A stretch of DNA of 64,000 nt from Lama guanicoe (taxonomy: Eukaryota). The number at the start of each line of letters is the position of its first letter. The first letter of the stretch is position 1. The notes beneath the pieces are model-generated. The model was not told where the DNA came from, ran no database searches, and saw only the letters and a list, made by a program, of their open reading frames with translations. Shown here one piece after another: positions 14,601-30,701 of this stretch. The position numbers and the translations under genes were made by a program. Location of the stretch: positions 9,889,186 through 9,953,185 of the forward strand of contig MU054323.1 of assembly GCA_013239625.1 (NCBI GenBank), written 5' to 3'.

Positions 14601-15300
14601 AAGACTAAAGAGATTGAACAAATAAATGTAATAATATAATACTGGATTGAATTCTGTACTAGGGAAAGAAAATATTATGAAGGACATGATTGGGACAGTT
14701 ATTAAAAATGCAGTACTGCAATTCTTTAGGTTAAAGATTTGTATAAGTATTAAATTCCCTGAATCTGATAACTTGTACTGTGGCTGTATAAGAGAGATTC
14801 TTAGGAAATAATATTGATGTATTAAGGGGTAAAAGAGCATGATGTATGCAGTATGTTCTCAAATGGGTCGGAGAAAAATTATATATGTATGTATTTTATG
14901 GATAATAAGATTATAAATATCCTAATAAATTTGATACTTTATTAACATTGGCAAAACTGACACAAGGAATAGAAAATCAGAATTGTATCTGTTAAAATGA
15001 ATTTGTACTTGAAATAATGAGCAAGAGTATATACTGTGTTTTTTAATTTATACTATGTATTAATATGTACATAATATTGTATTTTCTATGTACTTAAAAT
15101 TCAAAATAGCTAATCTGTACTTGGAGAAATAATAGTAACCTTGGGGCATTATTATTGAATCATTAGGGATAAGGGAGCCTTCAGAGCTGCTGGAAGTATT
15201 CTGTATCTTGTCTAGGTGATGGTTACTTAGGTGTATACACAATCAATTCATTGAGATGTGCACGTAGTGGTAGCGTACTTTATGTAATACTTCAAAATAT
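11680..15300 (+). mobile_element. Ancient degraded L1M (5' region, ORF1, ORF2 endonuclease remnants, 3' fragments)
   Basis: Long A-rich + strand with L1 motifs (gagattcccagaaggagaagag, aaatcttaaaagc, tttgacctgattgacacacatagaacact); no intact ORF. Confidence 0.75.
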
Positions 15301-17733
15301 TTTCTAAACAGTTATAGTATGGTGGATAATTTGCTATAATGAGGTTTTTACTTGGCTTGCACACCTTCTGAAAAATTTTTTCTGGTAAATTTTTGACTAA
15401 AAAGTTTTATGTGGTAAACTAGAAAGAGTATTGACTTTTGAGTTGTAAGACCTTGGTTCTAAATTCTTGTCTACTGCTTTTTACTCCCTCTAATAATCTT
15501 ACAGAAGTTACTTAATCTCTATCATTGTACAGTATAGATAGTAACTTCCCTTTTTAATTCCTAGAGTATCAAAAGGATTAAATGAGATGATGTGAAATTG
15601 CTTTGCACTGAATTAATTATGCAGTTGTACAGTATTTTTATAACTTAAAGAGACAACTTGGGTCTGGGCTCATATACCCAAATTCTGTAATTCCTCAGGG
15701 ATACTGAGATAGTGATCTAGTTCCCCTATGTAACAGATTGATTTAGTCCTTTTTTTCCAGATGACTGAGAAATTTGAAGTGCTCTTTGAAATCTAGGAGT
15801 ACATGCTGGTGGCAGTACATAAAGGAGTATGGCTTTTGAATTGAAAGACAGTAGGATTACCCTGAGCCATCCACCCTATTCTCCGAAATATTTTGCTAAT
15901 TTGTTCCTTAGATTTGGACATTTGTCAAACTCTTAACCTTTAGAAGAATCCTAAGCTTCTCTAACTACATTTCATTAACTCTTAGATGTGATTGATAATG
16001 AAATGCAGTTTTATTTGCCACTAAGGGAGGAAAAGCCACTACCAATTACAATTGTAAGGAATTATTGATTGCAAGATATCTCCTAACTTTAAAGATTAAT
16101 TGGGGGAAGAGCATGGAGTGAAATATATGTCATGTGTTTTTGTTTTGAATTTAGTTTCTCTGCATTAGCATGACTTAGAAGTTGAAGCATTTTTAGCTCT
16201 GTAAAAATGTTAGCTGTAGTGCACCTCAGCATAACCTAAATTACTTGCTTGGGAAGTAAAAATTAAACAGATACATAATACACAGAGGAAATAAAACAAA
16301 TGTGAGATAAAATATTCACCACTGTAATCTAGGCACTTTAAATTGACACATCGAAGTGACCCACGCTAGTCTTGATTTACTTAATAATCATTGCCATCAA
16401 GTTACAACTACATTTTGGTAACCTAGAAAGTGTTTTATGACAGCAGAATCACAACAGAGATTGTAGAAACTTTTATAAGAATCCAAAGTATTTTGTTTGT
16501 GTTCTCTATTGCTATTATCTCTAAATAATTACTTTTAGGTAATTATTTACTTAAGTAAAATACTAATTTTAGATGTGTATTTGTCATCTGAAAGCACCTA
16601 GAGATCTTTAATCTTCCAAGGAGCATATTTTTCTTCCTCTTAAACCAAAATAGATAGGTGTTTGATGCATTGACAGTAGAACTGTTTTTGTAACCATCAT
16701 TTCCCACATTTAAAATTTCATACCAAGATTAATAACTGTTCCTATTACAGGGCATTGAATCTAAGCTACTATTCTAGATTTTTAATGAAAGGTACAAAGT
16801 TAGATGTCTTTTTTCATCTTAGGAAAATTCAAATTAATGGGAAGTAGGTAATTGGTATTTGAGAACTACTACTAATGTAGAAGCTGTGCTAAGTTACCAT
16901 AATAAAAGCAGTTCTGCTGATCATTGTTTTGAATTTCAGGGATGCTCTTACTATCATATTTGCTTAAAACATATTTCAACATTGCCTCTGTCTCCTCTTT
17001 GTTATGTATTACTATATTAATGGAATATATACATGGGTTGGCTTTTGCATAGGGGGGCTTTTTTTTTTTTTTTATTTATTAATTGAATTTATTTCTTGGT
17101 TTGTTTTTTTATTGGGGGGTTTTTTTTTTTTTTTTTAAAGCCTCTCAACCTGACAGAAACCAACCATTTTTAGCAAGAAATGTGTGGGCTTAATTGTAAA
17201 TGGGAAATGGTAGGGGTATATAGAAATATAGTCTTTGTTTTCTTTTTTAAATGCTTTTTTAATAAAGATTGAAAGGGAGCTAGCAGTATATTTAAAGATT
17301 AAAGAGAAAGCCAATGGAGAAGCTAATGATGAGAGGAAATGATTATTAAGTGCAGTTCAACAGGGCAAATAAGGAACTCCTCATGGACCATTCCTCCCCA
17401 CTCCATCCCAGAAGTTACTTAGAACCATAGTGATTAATGGGTTTTAGTTCACTTGGGCTGCAAAGCCTCAAGTTGGCCACTGGAGAGCAAAGAAGACCAC
17501 ATTTCCATGGCAGCAGCCTTGAGGAGTGTCAGAAACCAGCAGCAGTGGAGATAGAGAGAAGCCAGAGGTCATAGAATAACCTTATTGTTAGCCATAGGAC
17601 ACAACAGGGTATCTGGTAGTTTGCTACCTACATAACTCTTCTGATCTTCAAAATATGAGCATGATTTTTTTTAAGAATTACTATTTTATGGATAAATTTT
17701 AGAAAGCTAACCATTTAATTTATTGCTTATCAG

Positions 17734-17865
17734 TGCGAGGATGTCGTCCAGGAAAGATTGTACAGATGACTGAAGCAGAAGTTCGGGGCTTATGTATCAA
17801 GTCTCGGGAGATCTTTCTCAGCCAGCCTATTCTTTTGGAGTTGGAAGCGCCACTGAAAATTTGTG
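17734..17865 (+). CDS. PPP1CB: PPP1CB exon 2 ([45 protein letters not shown])
   Basis: tatcag acceptor, G|gtatgt donor, 132 nt; translation matches PP1-beta. Confidence 0.98.
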
Positions 17866-19162
17866 GTATGTAAATGGGTAAAGTTAGAAACAAGTCTCTT
17901 TTGAATCCTGGTTTTCCTCCTGTATTTACATTGAAGATGATTTAGAGAAAACAGCTAAAAATTTTTGTAAAAAAAAAGGATTGCTAGGTTTTATTATGTA
18001 AAATTCTAGAAATCGAGACTTTCCTAAAATGACGTGTTAGAGACAAGAAGGAAATATTTGCTATATCTACAGCAGATTAAAAGATTGTTGTTCACACTGT
18101 AAAGAGTTCTTAGAAACAAGGAAAAGGCAATAGAATAGAAAAATTTACAAGGGGGAAGATTGTAGAAGAAATTCAACTGGCCAGTAAACATAAACCCTCA
18201 GCTTCACTGGTAATCAGTGAAATGCAACTTAAAAACAAATCTAGAACTCTGATCAGATTGAAAAAAAGTCAGAAATTGATATCCATGGTTTTCAAGGATG
18301 TGGAGAAATAGACATTCCAGTACACTATTTAGAAAAAACAGGTATAGAATTTGGGGGGTCAGTATTGCAGTATCAGTAGTCGTCTTAGTTGTCGTTTTAA
18401 TTTACTTTGAAGATTACATAACTTAATATTATTTGTCTTTTTCTTTCAAGTCTTATAGTGGCTTTTGGCCAAAAGCAAAATATTACAACCCTAAGTGAGT
18501 GATCACATTGTTCCAGCCAGAAAACTTGTTGGCACAGAAAGCATTTTTCTGTAGTTCACATAGCAGTGGGAAGTGATATAAATAATGTATTGTATGACTT
18601 TTGGTTTGATAAGGTGGGTTTTCTTTTAGTAGCTGTTAGTGTTTATGACATAGCTTTTTATGAACTTAACCATTAGCTTTTGTTCAATCAAGGACTATTT
18701 GCTGTTTGCAAAAGTTTTCCTTCCCCTGCAGGTTTCTTAGTGATCCATATTCATATCATAACCTGCAGATGCGTAATGTGCTAATAAATAATTTTTTCTT
18801 TTTCACATAGTTTATTAAGTCATGTGCTTCATGTTACTTTGTTCAGTGTTTAGTAGTTAAGAGATAAGCTAAGTAAATGTTGAATAAATTAATTAGCTTA
18901 GAGTATCACCTTTAAGCGATGGTAATTGAAATTTTGTGGAAGTGATCAATCCCTTCTGTGAATTTAAATAAAGTAAATTATAAGGCATCTTAAAATTAAA
19001 GTGATTCATATTCTCAACAAAATACTCTTCAGAATGCTTTAATATAGAAATAACTTGAAGGTAATAGAAGTTATTTATGCTATTTCTTAGTTTTTGCTGT
19101 TTGGTTGCTACTTGGTATAAAAAAAATGTACCTAAGTTTAACTACCAGATAGTAAGAGTAAC

Positions 19163-19659
19163 TGTATTAGTATTACACATTACCTCAAGACTTTGTGGTT
19201 TAAAACAGCATTAATTTATCATCTCACAGTTTCGGTGGGTTAGGAAATTCAGGCACAGGGTAGCCTGGTCCTCTGGTCCTAAGTCTCACACAGCTGCAAA
19301 CAAGGTATCATCTGCGGCTGCAGTCTCGAGGCTCATTTGTGAAAGGATTCAGTTCCTTATGGACCAATGGACTGAGAGCTTCAGTTCCTAATGAGCTGTT
19401 AGCCAAAGGCCTTCTTCAGCTCTTTACCATGAGTGCTCCGTAAGGCAGTTTCCTCATCAAGCATGAGAGAAGGCAAGAGAGCGCAAGCAAGATGGGAACC
19501 CAGTCTTTTGTAACCTAATCTCTGAAGTGACAGCTCATCTCACTTTTGCTGTATCTTCTTTGTTAGAAGTAAGTCACTAGTTACAGCCCACATTCAAGAG
19601 AAGAGGATTACAAAAAGGTGTACACATTGAGAATCATTTCATAGAAGCTGCTTACCACA
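19163..19659 (-). mobile_element. MLT1-type (MaLR) solo LTR
   Basis: TG...CA ends (tgtattag...cttaccaca), 5-bp TSD gtaac/ataac, MLT1-like interior (atctcacagtttc, gttagaagtaagtcactag). Confidence 0.8.
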
Positions 19660-19663
19660 ATAA

Positions 19664-19933
<270 letters not shown>

Positions 19934-21801
19934 TAAAAATAAAAACTTATTAATGGAAAAATGGGAAAATTCCCTAATAATTTTCCATTTCAAAAGCATT
20001 CCTTTAATTCAGAGTTTTTGAAAATATGATCTATCAAACAGAAGCCCAAGAAGAGAGCCTTTAACAGAAGAAGAACCCGAAACTGGGAATCATGTTATTA
20101 ATTCAGTTGATTCCTTGGAATCTCCTTGGTCATAATTGTTTCAGGTTGACTGCAGCTGACTCAGCTGAAAGGCCCTCATATAATTAGTTTATATAGTAAA
20201 ATAACCAAGTGGAACAGATATCACTATAGACGGTAGCCTCTGGTTTTCTAGCGTTCATTAAGGTTTTAGCTCTCAACATTCTTGTGATATGACAAATTTT
20301 TACTGGTCCTGTGTCACAAAAAATATTGAGTTCTGTGAAGTTATTTAAAAGCTGAAGTTTATTATTAGATTTTAATGTATACCTATTAGCCTAGAGAGAG
20401 AAGGATACTGAATACTGTGGGTCATCCTTATTTTGTTGTACTCTTTTTCATCAGTGAGAAATCACTGATTTGTTGTGTAGCACTGTTTCCAGGTGTTATT
20501 ACTAAATTACCCTGCTACATTTGAATTTGGTCTTTTGCTTTTGTCAGTACGGGAGTGAATGAACAAATGTTTGGTTGATTAAAATTTAGGCGAATTAATA
20601 ATTTTCAAATTGAATATATTATTTTTTACTGCTAAATTCTCCATTAGAATCTATTTTTGCTTTTTTCCATTTTTTTTTGCTTTTTTCCATTCTTAATTAT
20701 TGTAGGGGGTCCTATTTAAATCTGTCTCCTTAAATCAAATAATCACTTATTTGTCAAATGTTTGAGGCTGTATTATATGCCAGACACTATTCTAAACACT
20801 GGGGTTGCTGCAGGAGTGATCAGGAGAGATGACCTCTAATTCTCATGGAGTTTATGTTGTAGTGGGACTAATTCTGTATTTGATTTTGTATTGCATTTTT
20901 ATTTCTAAGGTGTAGTGTATGATTTCAGTGGTTTAAATCAGACGAGTAAGACAGGAAGTGGATAGTAGTATATCATGCTATAACCACTTTTCTAAAACTA
21001 CATCAGAAATAAAGGTATGTTCTTGAAGGATAAAATAGGGACTTGAATATCCTCAAGGATAGAAATAACATCAAATGAAATGTATGTGAAAGCAGCTTGT
21101 AAACACTACTTTGAGTTATATTTATTCATTGTGAGGCAGGTTATGGCATAAAAGCATAGAAAGTTAGTGCCTAGTGTCTTTTATCTCTCCCCTGGGTTAG
21201 TTGTTGCAACTTACTGCCAAATTCAGAAAAATCAAGTAACTCCAAAAAGATGAACATGCACTTGAGATTGTCTTTGTTGTAGCTTTTTATGCTAGACTAC
21301 AGGAAAATTATAGCCTTTGTGTCTCTATACTTGCTATAGTGCCAAGTAGAAAGTCAGTTAAAAGTGAATACCAGTTAAGCACCTGGAAATTGTCCTTTTT
21401 TGGCAGTAAGTTTATGCTGTGTTACTCATGCAACAGAGTTAAAACAGTCTCCAGAGGCACCCTTTTCACTTTGCTTTCTTTTTTGGCTAGATACTTTACT
21501 GTACATATCAAATGGAAAAAGTAAACTAATAGTCTGTCAGACTGTTTCAAAGGTGCTATAGTATAGTGATCTTAAAAGGCAAAAGTATTTGTTTCATAAA
21601 ACACTTAGCATAACCTTTGTAGTCCTTGTAGCTTTACTGAAGGTGCTGAATGTTTATTATCTTCTGAAAAGTGTACAAATAACACTAATAGAAAAAGCAA
21701 GTGCTAAAAAACCAAAATTAGAATCATTTATAATTCTGTGGCTGTGAGATAACTAATGAGAACAGTTTTAGATTTATTTTATTTGTTTATTCTTTTTATA
21801 G

Positions 21802-21906
21802 GCAAACGAAGGTTTAATATTAAATTGTGGAAGACCTTCACTGATTGTTTCAACTGTCTGCCTATAGCTGCCATTGTGGATGAGAAGATCTTCTGTTGTC
21901 ATGGAG
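21802..21906 (+). CDS. PPP1CB: PPP1CB exon 4 ([36 protein letters not shown])
   Basis: ttatag acceptor, G|gtagac donor, 105 nt. Confidence 0.99.
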
Positions 21907-23586
21907 GTAGACTAGTAAATTTGCTTTACGGATTCTTTTTCTTTTACTTCCATTATTTAGGAAAAAACCTATCATAATTGAGACACTGGGAAAACAAAGC
22001 AGTGCTTGTGTGAAAACTCAAGTGATTAAAACTCTTCAAACACTCTTTTAATAACTAGGAATTTGTGGTTATACATAATGAAAATGCAAATTTAGTACTT
22101 AATCTTTAAAGAATTTCACATAGGAGGATAACCAGAGTGTTGTTTGCAAAAATGTCCTTTCCTTTGCCTGTTTTGACAGAAAGATACCTTTACTATCAGT
22201 AAAAGTGAGATCATGATTATTTTCCTGTTTATATCAAATACCTTTGTATATTTTGATATTGTCACATGCCAAGAGTTCTAGGCTTTGTGTAATATGTGTA
22301 GTTTGGCCCTAAATATAATTTTTCAGTAGAATGATAAGTTATTCTCTATGACTTGTTAAATAAACTTGAATATATGAAAGTTCATTTGGAAAGCTAACGT
22401 GTCTAGCACTTGGCTAGGAGCCATGAAAATATGTAGATAGTGTATGATCTAGCTATCTTGAGAAATTTTTAAACCTATTAATAAAATGTGTATTTTCAAA
22501 ACATTGAGTAATGAAAGGAATTTATGTCAAAGTACTTGTAGAGATAGTAATTATAATGAGAAGTCAACAAAGGGAGAGAATTGTTGGGCAAATGTTTGTG
22601 GAGGCTTGGCTTTTGGAGGATAAATAGGAGAGGTGAAGAGAACTGGAAAGTCTTCTTTTATGGTGTCTAGTTCAAGGAATGTGTGAGGACTGGCCCAACT
22701 AGAATGTCAAATACATGTTGGGGCTTGATGGGATCAGATTATAGAGATTTGGATGCTGAGCAAAGGAGTTTGTTGAACGGTTTAATGACCATATGAGTTT
22801 TTTTTGTTCAGGGAAATAATTTAATGAAAACACTGTAAGAAAATTTGTTTTCATCAATATGCAGAAAGAGTTAAGGTAGAAAAACACTAAAAGGTAGATA
22901 GACTTGTCCAGGCCTGATCTCTGGTAGAACATAACGAACTATGTTAATGGAAACATTTTACAGTAGATACTAAACATTTGAGAAATTGTAGCTTTTGCAC
23001 ATTAGTATAGCTAAGAACAGAAATGTAGCAGTATGGAATATGAATATTTAGCCTCATTTGTGATTGCCCATCAAAAAGAAATACTAGGTTATATTTATGT
23101 ACTACTTTAAAGATTACAAGGTATTTTCATGTGCTTTTTCTTGTTTATCTTTCTGATCAACAGTTAGCTTTTATATAAGATAACAAGCATGTTGGAGTAG
23201 GATGAGGGAAGGTCTTATGGGCATGGTGAGCACTTTAAGTAAACATAATTTAAGTGGTAAGGAGTGGCAAAAAAAGTAGGGAGGATTAGAATTGGGTGTG
23301 TTCCTATGAAGGGCAGGGAGTGGTTGGAAAGAAACAAGAGTGGTAGGATTTATTTTTCCTTGAAAAATCTTTTGAAATGAAAGGGAGTCTTAGTTGTCTG
23401 GTAGGGAAAAAATGAAGACCTAATCATACTGTTCTGTTATATCAAGTGGGATTCTATTTTATAACTCAATATATTAAAGATAACATTGAAAGGAACACTT
23501 TAAGTATCTCTAATTTCACATAGTGAATCTACTTTGATTAGATGGTTTTTATTTGAGTGAATACTTTTTAGATGTCAGTACTATGA

Positions 23587-23679
<93 letters not shown>

Positions 23680-24521
23680 TAAGTATATAGAGAAGTTTAA
23701 TCAGTTTTTTAATCTAAAATGTTGGCATATTTGTACTTAATTATATTTAGCGGAAGTAGGATTGATTGTGTAGTACATAATAGACCTTTTTTTAATAGTA
23801 AGCTAACTACAGATTACTTGCAATAATATAAAATATTTCACTTTTCACTAATTCCCAAAGGACAGAAGTTTTAAATTTTACATCTAACTATGGTATGGTT
23901 CTGTCAAACTTATTTTTCACCAAAGGTTCAGATCTTTCTAATCTAATCTTTCTCTTCCCTTGTTTATATCAACATTGGTTATGTCCTTCAAACATTTGTT
24001 AAAAATGAGTCAAATGTTTTTTAACCAAAATAATCTTTCTTAGCCAAGGATACAGTTATCTTTTGTATTATCTAGTAGTTTTCTATTTTCTGCATCACCT
24101 GTATTTCAAATTTTAGAGCTCTTAAGGCTTTGAGACAGAAGGCTGTAGTGATATGTGGTGAATGTTGTAAAAATTTTATATGAAAAAAATATGAAAATTG
24201 ACTATCCAGATATTGAGAATAACTTTCAGGTAAGTAAATCAAGTAAAACAAAAACAAATAATCTCCAATTGAGGATAAACTGATGTGTGGATTAACAGAT
24301 GAGCCTAATGTGATTTTATAAATAAATGCTAGGCACATTGCCACTTACCCTAACTTTTCTATTGGCTTTTAAGTGATAATTATTCATATTTGAGTACCAG
24401 TATATGTACTAATCATGGTGTTCATTCCATAAAATAAAATACTGAAGACCTAGGAATTGAACTTAGTTAAGTTGTTCTGTTTCCTCAGTTCAACTTTTGC
24501 TTGAAACATCAATACTTTTCT

Positions 24522-25256
24522 GTATGGTATTTTATGGCAGCCAGTGTGTGTAGTTTTTCCACACCACAATCAATTCTCCAGGGCCAAGTAGGTGTCGGCA
24601 GTTCAGTTCAATTCTGGCACTATCTCCTGGAGTTAGCCAAAACCCCCCAGGTTAAGGGCTTCATTCCACATGACTTCAGCTGCCAGCCTCAAGTGGAGTC
24701 CCCAGGAGAACCATACTTCTGCCTGGCCAACTACAAATTCAGAGATTCCCACAACCACAACCTCAGATGCTTTACTTACATTTACCAGCATATTATAAAG
24801 GATACAATTCAGGGACAGCCAAATGGAAGAGATAGATAAGGCAAAGGTATAGGGAGAGCCATTTGTTGGTAGATGAACAGCTTCCACACCTTTTGGCTTC
24901 AATGTGTTTGCCAAACTGGAAGCTTCCCAAATCTAGTTAAAGAGTTTTTACAGAACATTATTTTCCAGCCCCCTACCCCTCAGAGGTGTAGGTACAGAGT
25001 GGGAGGGCTGAAAGTCCCAACTCTGTAATCCTGTGTTTGGTCTTTTGGTTGACTGGGCCCCAACTGGAAGCTCTCTGGCCCTCCTGCTAACACCCTCCCC
25101 AACCCAGGTCACCTCATTAACATGAACTCCAGTGTGAATGGAAAGGAGGCTCCCTTATGAATAACAGAAAACCCTTCTGTCAGGAAATTCTGATGGTTTT
25201 AGAAGCTTTGTGCCAGGAATGGGAACAAAGATCAAATATAGTTTTATTATATCACA
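24522..25256. mobile_element. MER21-like ERV LTR
   Basis: ttcaattctggcactatctcctggagttag...cagccaaatggaagagat...cttatgaataacagaaa...ttttagaagctttgtgccaggaa. Confidence 0.7.
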
Positions 25257-27834
25257 CTGTCATACTATTAAAAGCAGTAGCATAAGTGAAATTGCCCTTT
25301 CACTCATTTTCTACCACACTTTTTTAAAAACAAACTTACATTGTTATATTAATTGTCCCATTATTTGTGCAATCAAATCCACTGTATATTGATTGCATTC
25401 ATCAGTTCTCAGCAGACTTTAATATCTTTAAATGACGGTTGCCTAGAGTGCCATAGGGTCTAGAAATCTTATTATGTGTATTAGGAACATCATATATATG
25501 AAAAATAAAAAGGTCTTTCAGCTTACTGATGATAAGTTTGTTTATTGGTAATTTTGTAAAGGGGAATTGATAATTCATCAGATAGGATTGAGCTGGATAG
25601 TTACTAAGTTCATTTCCCACTCTTAAGATCCAAAGATTGTATAGAAATATAAGCATTAAAAAATATTCCCAGACCAGTGCCTGAGTAAACCATGGCTAAA
25701 CCTGTAATTAGCTTGTTAGTAACATGCATTTGGTTGCTTGTTTTTAAGTGCAATTGGATTGTTTCGCTCAATGTACTGAAAGGCTAATGATAACACTCAA
25801 TGCTATTCATGACTAACCATCAGCCGCTATGAACAGTTGTAGAGATCCTGTTATCAGTAAGCCACTGACATATTGTATATTGCAGTAGTTTCATAACTTA
25901 CTTGGGTGACAGCGTTTTTGTATTGATTATAAAAGGAAAACATGTATTTTACCAGATTTTGATTGTAATTATAGAATATATTTGACTAACCTAATAGAAA
26001 CTGGTATTTAAATAATAGAGTATTTAAAATAGGTACAATATAAATTTCAAGTCATATCTTCAGAGTTTCTGTTAATGATATAGTTTAGACATAAATCACA
26101 TTCAAGGGTGGCATTTCTCTTTTCAGCATAACTTTAATGGGAAGTTTCTGCTATTTCTGAGATAGTAGCCTAATAATTATAATGCTTAGTCATTGGGGAT
26201 TGGATTGTAAAACACTGAACCTTAACTCTGAGTTCTTATCTTGATTCCATTAAGGTTGAAGAATGGCACATTGTTGTTGCTACCATTAGTTGATTTTATA
26301 TGCATCCAGGCTGTCATATTTTCCAGAGAATTCCAAAAGCAATTGCATTCTAGTTTTATTGTCACATTAAAATTATAGTATAATGTTTTGGCCTCCTCAC
26401 TGCTTCTGTGGAAACAGACTGGAAAGTATGAGCATTATAGAGCAGTGTATGTTTGTGTATGTGTATGTTTCAGGAATCAGCTTCTGATTCTTTAAAAAGC
26501 AGAAAGAGCTTGTAAATTGAGACTACCCTAATGGATTTTGTATGATGGTGGATTTCTTAAAACGTCATGACAGAAGCTTAGGAAATAATGATAGAAATTA
26601 AGAGTACATTGCCACCAGTTCTACAAGGTGTTTTAGATACTTCCCCTATCAAGACAAGCTATACTGTGACTCAGTGAAGATCTCCTTTCCTGATAAGCTG
26701 TATTGTGAGGTATATGGATTATCAAAAAACGTCTTTAAAACAGACTCATTCTAAAAGTCTTCCCTTAGCATCATGGTTCTTAGAAAACTAACTTAATATC
26801 ACCATCTCAGCAACCTCTCCCTCTTAATCACTAAAATTTGACTTTTTCACACACTCTTCCCCTCAACCATCAAGAAATTGCTTTCATTAAGGTCTGGTGA
26901 TCTAGTTGTAAGTGGCACATGTTTTGGTTTTTGTCCTAATCCACCTGATCATTGTACTTGAAACTTAAACATCTTCTACTTCTAGGTAATTCTTACCCTT
27001 TCAGGAGATCCCTACTATTCTGATCTCTTCCTTTTGTTTTGACCACTGCTCAGTATTTTTTGCTCACTTCTTCTCCCCTGCCTGCTGATTAAGTGTTAGA
27101 TTCCTCAGAGTTCGTTTATTGGTCTTTTCACTTCATATTTCCAAGGTAGTCTCAGTCCCTTCTCTAAGATTTATACTAGTATTAGTATGATGAAGATACT
27201 TAGATAAATATTTTTGGCTCTGACCTCTTTTTTTAAGCCTGAAACATTACTAAAGTCAGGGTTCTTACCTGGTTTTCTTCCTCCATACTTTTTAAACCCT
27301 CCAGGCCTTTGTAGAAAATGTTTTCTTCCCTCAAACTGATCTATAATCAAATGTAGTCAGTGAAATCTCAACTGGTTTCCCAGAATTAGCCAAACTGATG
27401 TAGAAGTTTATATGTGGAAAAACAAAAAATTAAAGTATCATTAACTGAGACAGTCCTGAGGAAAAATAAGTGGGATAGGCCTCCCAAATATGAAGATTTA
27501 TTTAAAAGCTCTAGTATGTTATTGGCTCAGTGATAAATAAAGTGGATTAATGGGATAGACTATGGCAGCAAAAACAGTATAGGTAGCTCGGTAAGGAAAG
27601 GATAAACTGTTGAGGAAATGCTCCTGGGTCGATTGGTTATTCATATAGAGAAACTATAGACAAAAAGATGAACAGCCTTTTCCACATGCTATATGCTTAG
27701 GGAGTGCCATACACATGTTTCCTATAATATTTGGAAAGGGATGCTACCTTTGGAAGCCAAGCAACATTGTATATGCATGGTTACTTTAACAAAAAGTGAG
27801 TAAGTTCAACAGGCTAATACTAGGGGCCAAATGA

Positions 27835-28086
<252 letters not shown>

Positions 28087-30548
28087 TGAAATATAAAACT
28101 TTTGGATGTTTTAGTATTTGTTAACTACTTTTATTTTTGAGGGAACTGAGAGCCAAGAGAGCTAATTATGCAAAGAAAGCAGTGTAAGAGGTAAAGCCTA
28201 TACTTTGATCTCAGTTAACAGGCTAATAATCTGTTAACCATTTCTCACCCTCTTAAGAGGAAAGGTTTCAGAGGAATATATTTTTGTAGTGTACTGCAGT
28301 ACTAACAGATTTTTCAGTGCTTGTCTGAAGCTTTCTAGAAATCTTTAGTCCTATTTTAGTATATTTCCATGTTATAGATAATAACAATCAAATGAATCGT
28401 GGATTTTGATAAAAACAAACTATACTGTGAAAAAGACGTTTTTGAGATAATTGGGGAAATTTGATTACAGACCAGGTATTAGATGTCAAGGAGTTGTTAA
28501 TTTAGCTTTGATGGTACATTACTGTGTAAGAAGGATGTCAGTATTTTTCAGAAATGCATACTCAAGTATGTAGAGGTAAGATAGCGTGTCTAGGATTTGT
28601 TTTAAAATACATCAACAGAGACAAGGGTTGGGTAAATGAAATGTAGCAAAATCTTGGTAATTACTGAGCAAAGTGTGAGTAAATGAGAGTTTATTGAACT
28701 CTGTCTACCTATGTGTATTTTGAATTTTCATTTAAAAATATATATGTGTAGTTTAGGTTTATTTGATTTTTTTATGGCCTCCTTCACCAATAGATTGTGT
28801 ACTCTTTAAGGAGGGGATTTTGATTTCTTGACCTTTGAATATCCATTTCTTTATGAACTTATAGACATACTGTAGCATGCAGTGAGTGTTTGTTGAATAA
28901 AAAATGAACAAAAGCTTATTTTAACAATTTTATATATCAAGTCCTTATATTCTCTAAAACATGACTGGTATGAAATACATTGAAAAGCATTTTTAAAAAA
29001 TCTTTGTTAGCTACTTTGGAAGTAACAAAAGTATTTGAAATTTGTAAATATAATTTTTAAAGTTTCCCTGTTTCTTTGTTAAAGCAAAATTTATTAAGTT
29101 AATTATGTGCTCCACTACAGTGTTTCCCTTTTTTATCCTATGTGATAACAGAGATGACAGGCTTCTCATTTTCTGCTTATGTTGTATATCACATGCCTTT
29201 TTCCTGTTAGAATTAACTAGTTCAGTTGAAATGAAGTCACGTCCCCAAATCCTCTGCTTTTGGCACAGTTGTCTTTTAATCAGTGAATATTGTGTTATAT
29301 AACTTAGATAATTAAGGTAAGTCTTCCACAAGATAACAGGGCAGAGTTTCTAAGTTTCCTAATAAAGTACCCACTAGTAATCTTTTTTTTTCCAGCTGTA
29401 GATCTCCATTCACTTGTATTTTCAAAAACAGGTGATGATTTCTAAAAGTCATGTTACTCAGCTACCTTAGTTTGCATAGTCTTTTTCCAGAAACCTCCAA
29501 AATCCTGTACTGCTTATTTTCAAACATATTATCTCCGAAAGTAGGAGACTTACGATGGGAAAAACACAAATTACAAATATTTCCTTTTTTAAAACCCTCT
29601 TATTTTAGTAAGTATGTGAATAAATGAACAAATGAATGAGCAAAATAGAACTAAAAGGACAATACTGAGTGCCAAACAGTATGCTGAGCTGAAGTAGATA
29701 AGGTGGCCAAGGTCTTAACAGAAAAGGTTAATATCTAAATTTTAGATAATAGATTTAGATGAGATAATTACAACAGGAACATGTACCTGATAACTAAGGT
29801 AGGAATTATTTTAAAATGTAAATGATTGTGGCAGTGGTTTCTCCAAGTATTGCAGGATAATTTTGCTTAGTCAAAAACCTCAAAGACTTCAAAAGGTATT
29901 CTTGCTTACTGAAATAAGTATGATTACATGTCATTGCCTACCTCTCAGATTTATGAAGCTGAGAAACATAATTGTTTAAATCAATCAAGAATTGACAGCA
30001 GATTCTAGAAATCATGTTAAATTATTAAGGAAAAGAATTGTACATATAAAAATATAATCTATAGGCAGTTAATTTTTAGTGGCATGATCTGTGTAAATTA
30101 AACTCAACTTAGTATAAGTTTTCAGTGTGTGGCTACATAATACTAATAGGAAATGAGAAAGTGAAAGAAGATAAGTGTTCTTGGCATAATCTGTCTTTCA
30201 TATTATTCATTGAAATAAGGATTCTGTAGTTGGGTAATAATGCCATCATCTAAGAAGTACTTAGTGTCTCAGCCCTCTTTGGATACTATATCTGTTAGCA
30301 TATGGAGGGCCTTGGAAATGGTATGGTTTTTAAACTTTTTAGTTATCATAAATTTATTATTTCATTTAAGCTAAATTCTTGCTTATAGAAAAAGCAAACC
30401 AATTTTAATATTCTAAGGCAAGTTTAAAAATAAAAATCAGGTTTCCAAAACAAAACAGGGTTTTGGGTTTTTTTCAGGCTTTTGTCACATTAATCTTAGT
30501 ATTGATGGTTGAAAATTTCATGTATATAAGTGTGTTTTTTTCTTTTGA

Positions 30549-30701
<153 letters not shown>

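Noticed and set aside
16522..16559. 11-bp hairpin and overlapping 14-bp palindrome
   Set aside because: Very AT-rich; plausible by chance or slippage; no other support
19952..19989. Hairpin just downstream of the PPP1CB exon 3 donor
   Set aside because: Short AT-rich stems that do not cover the splice site; no conservation evidence
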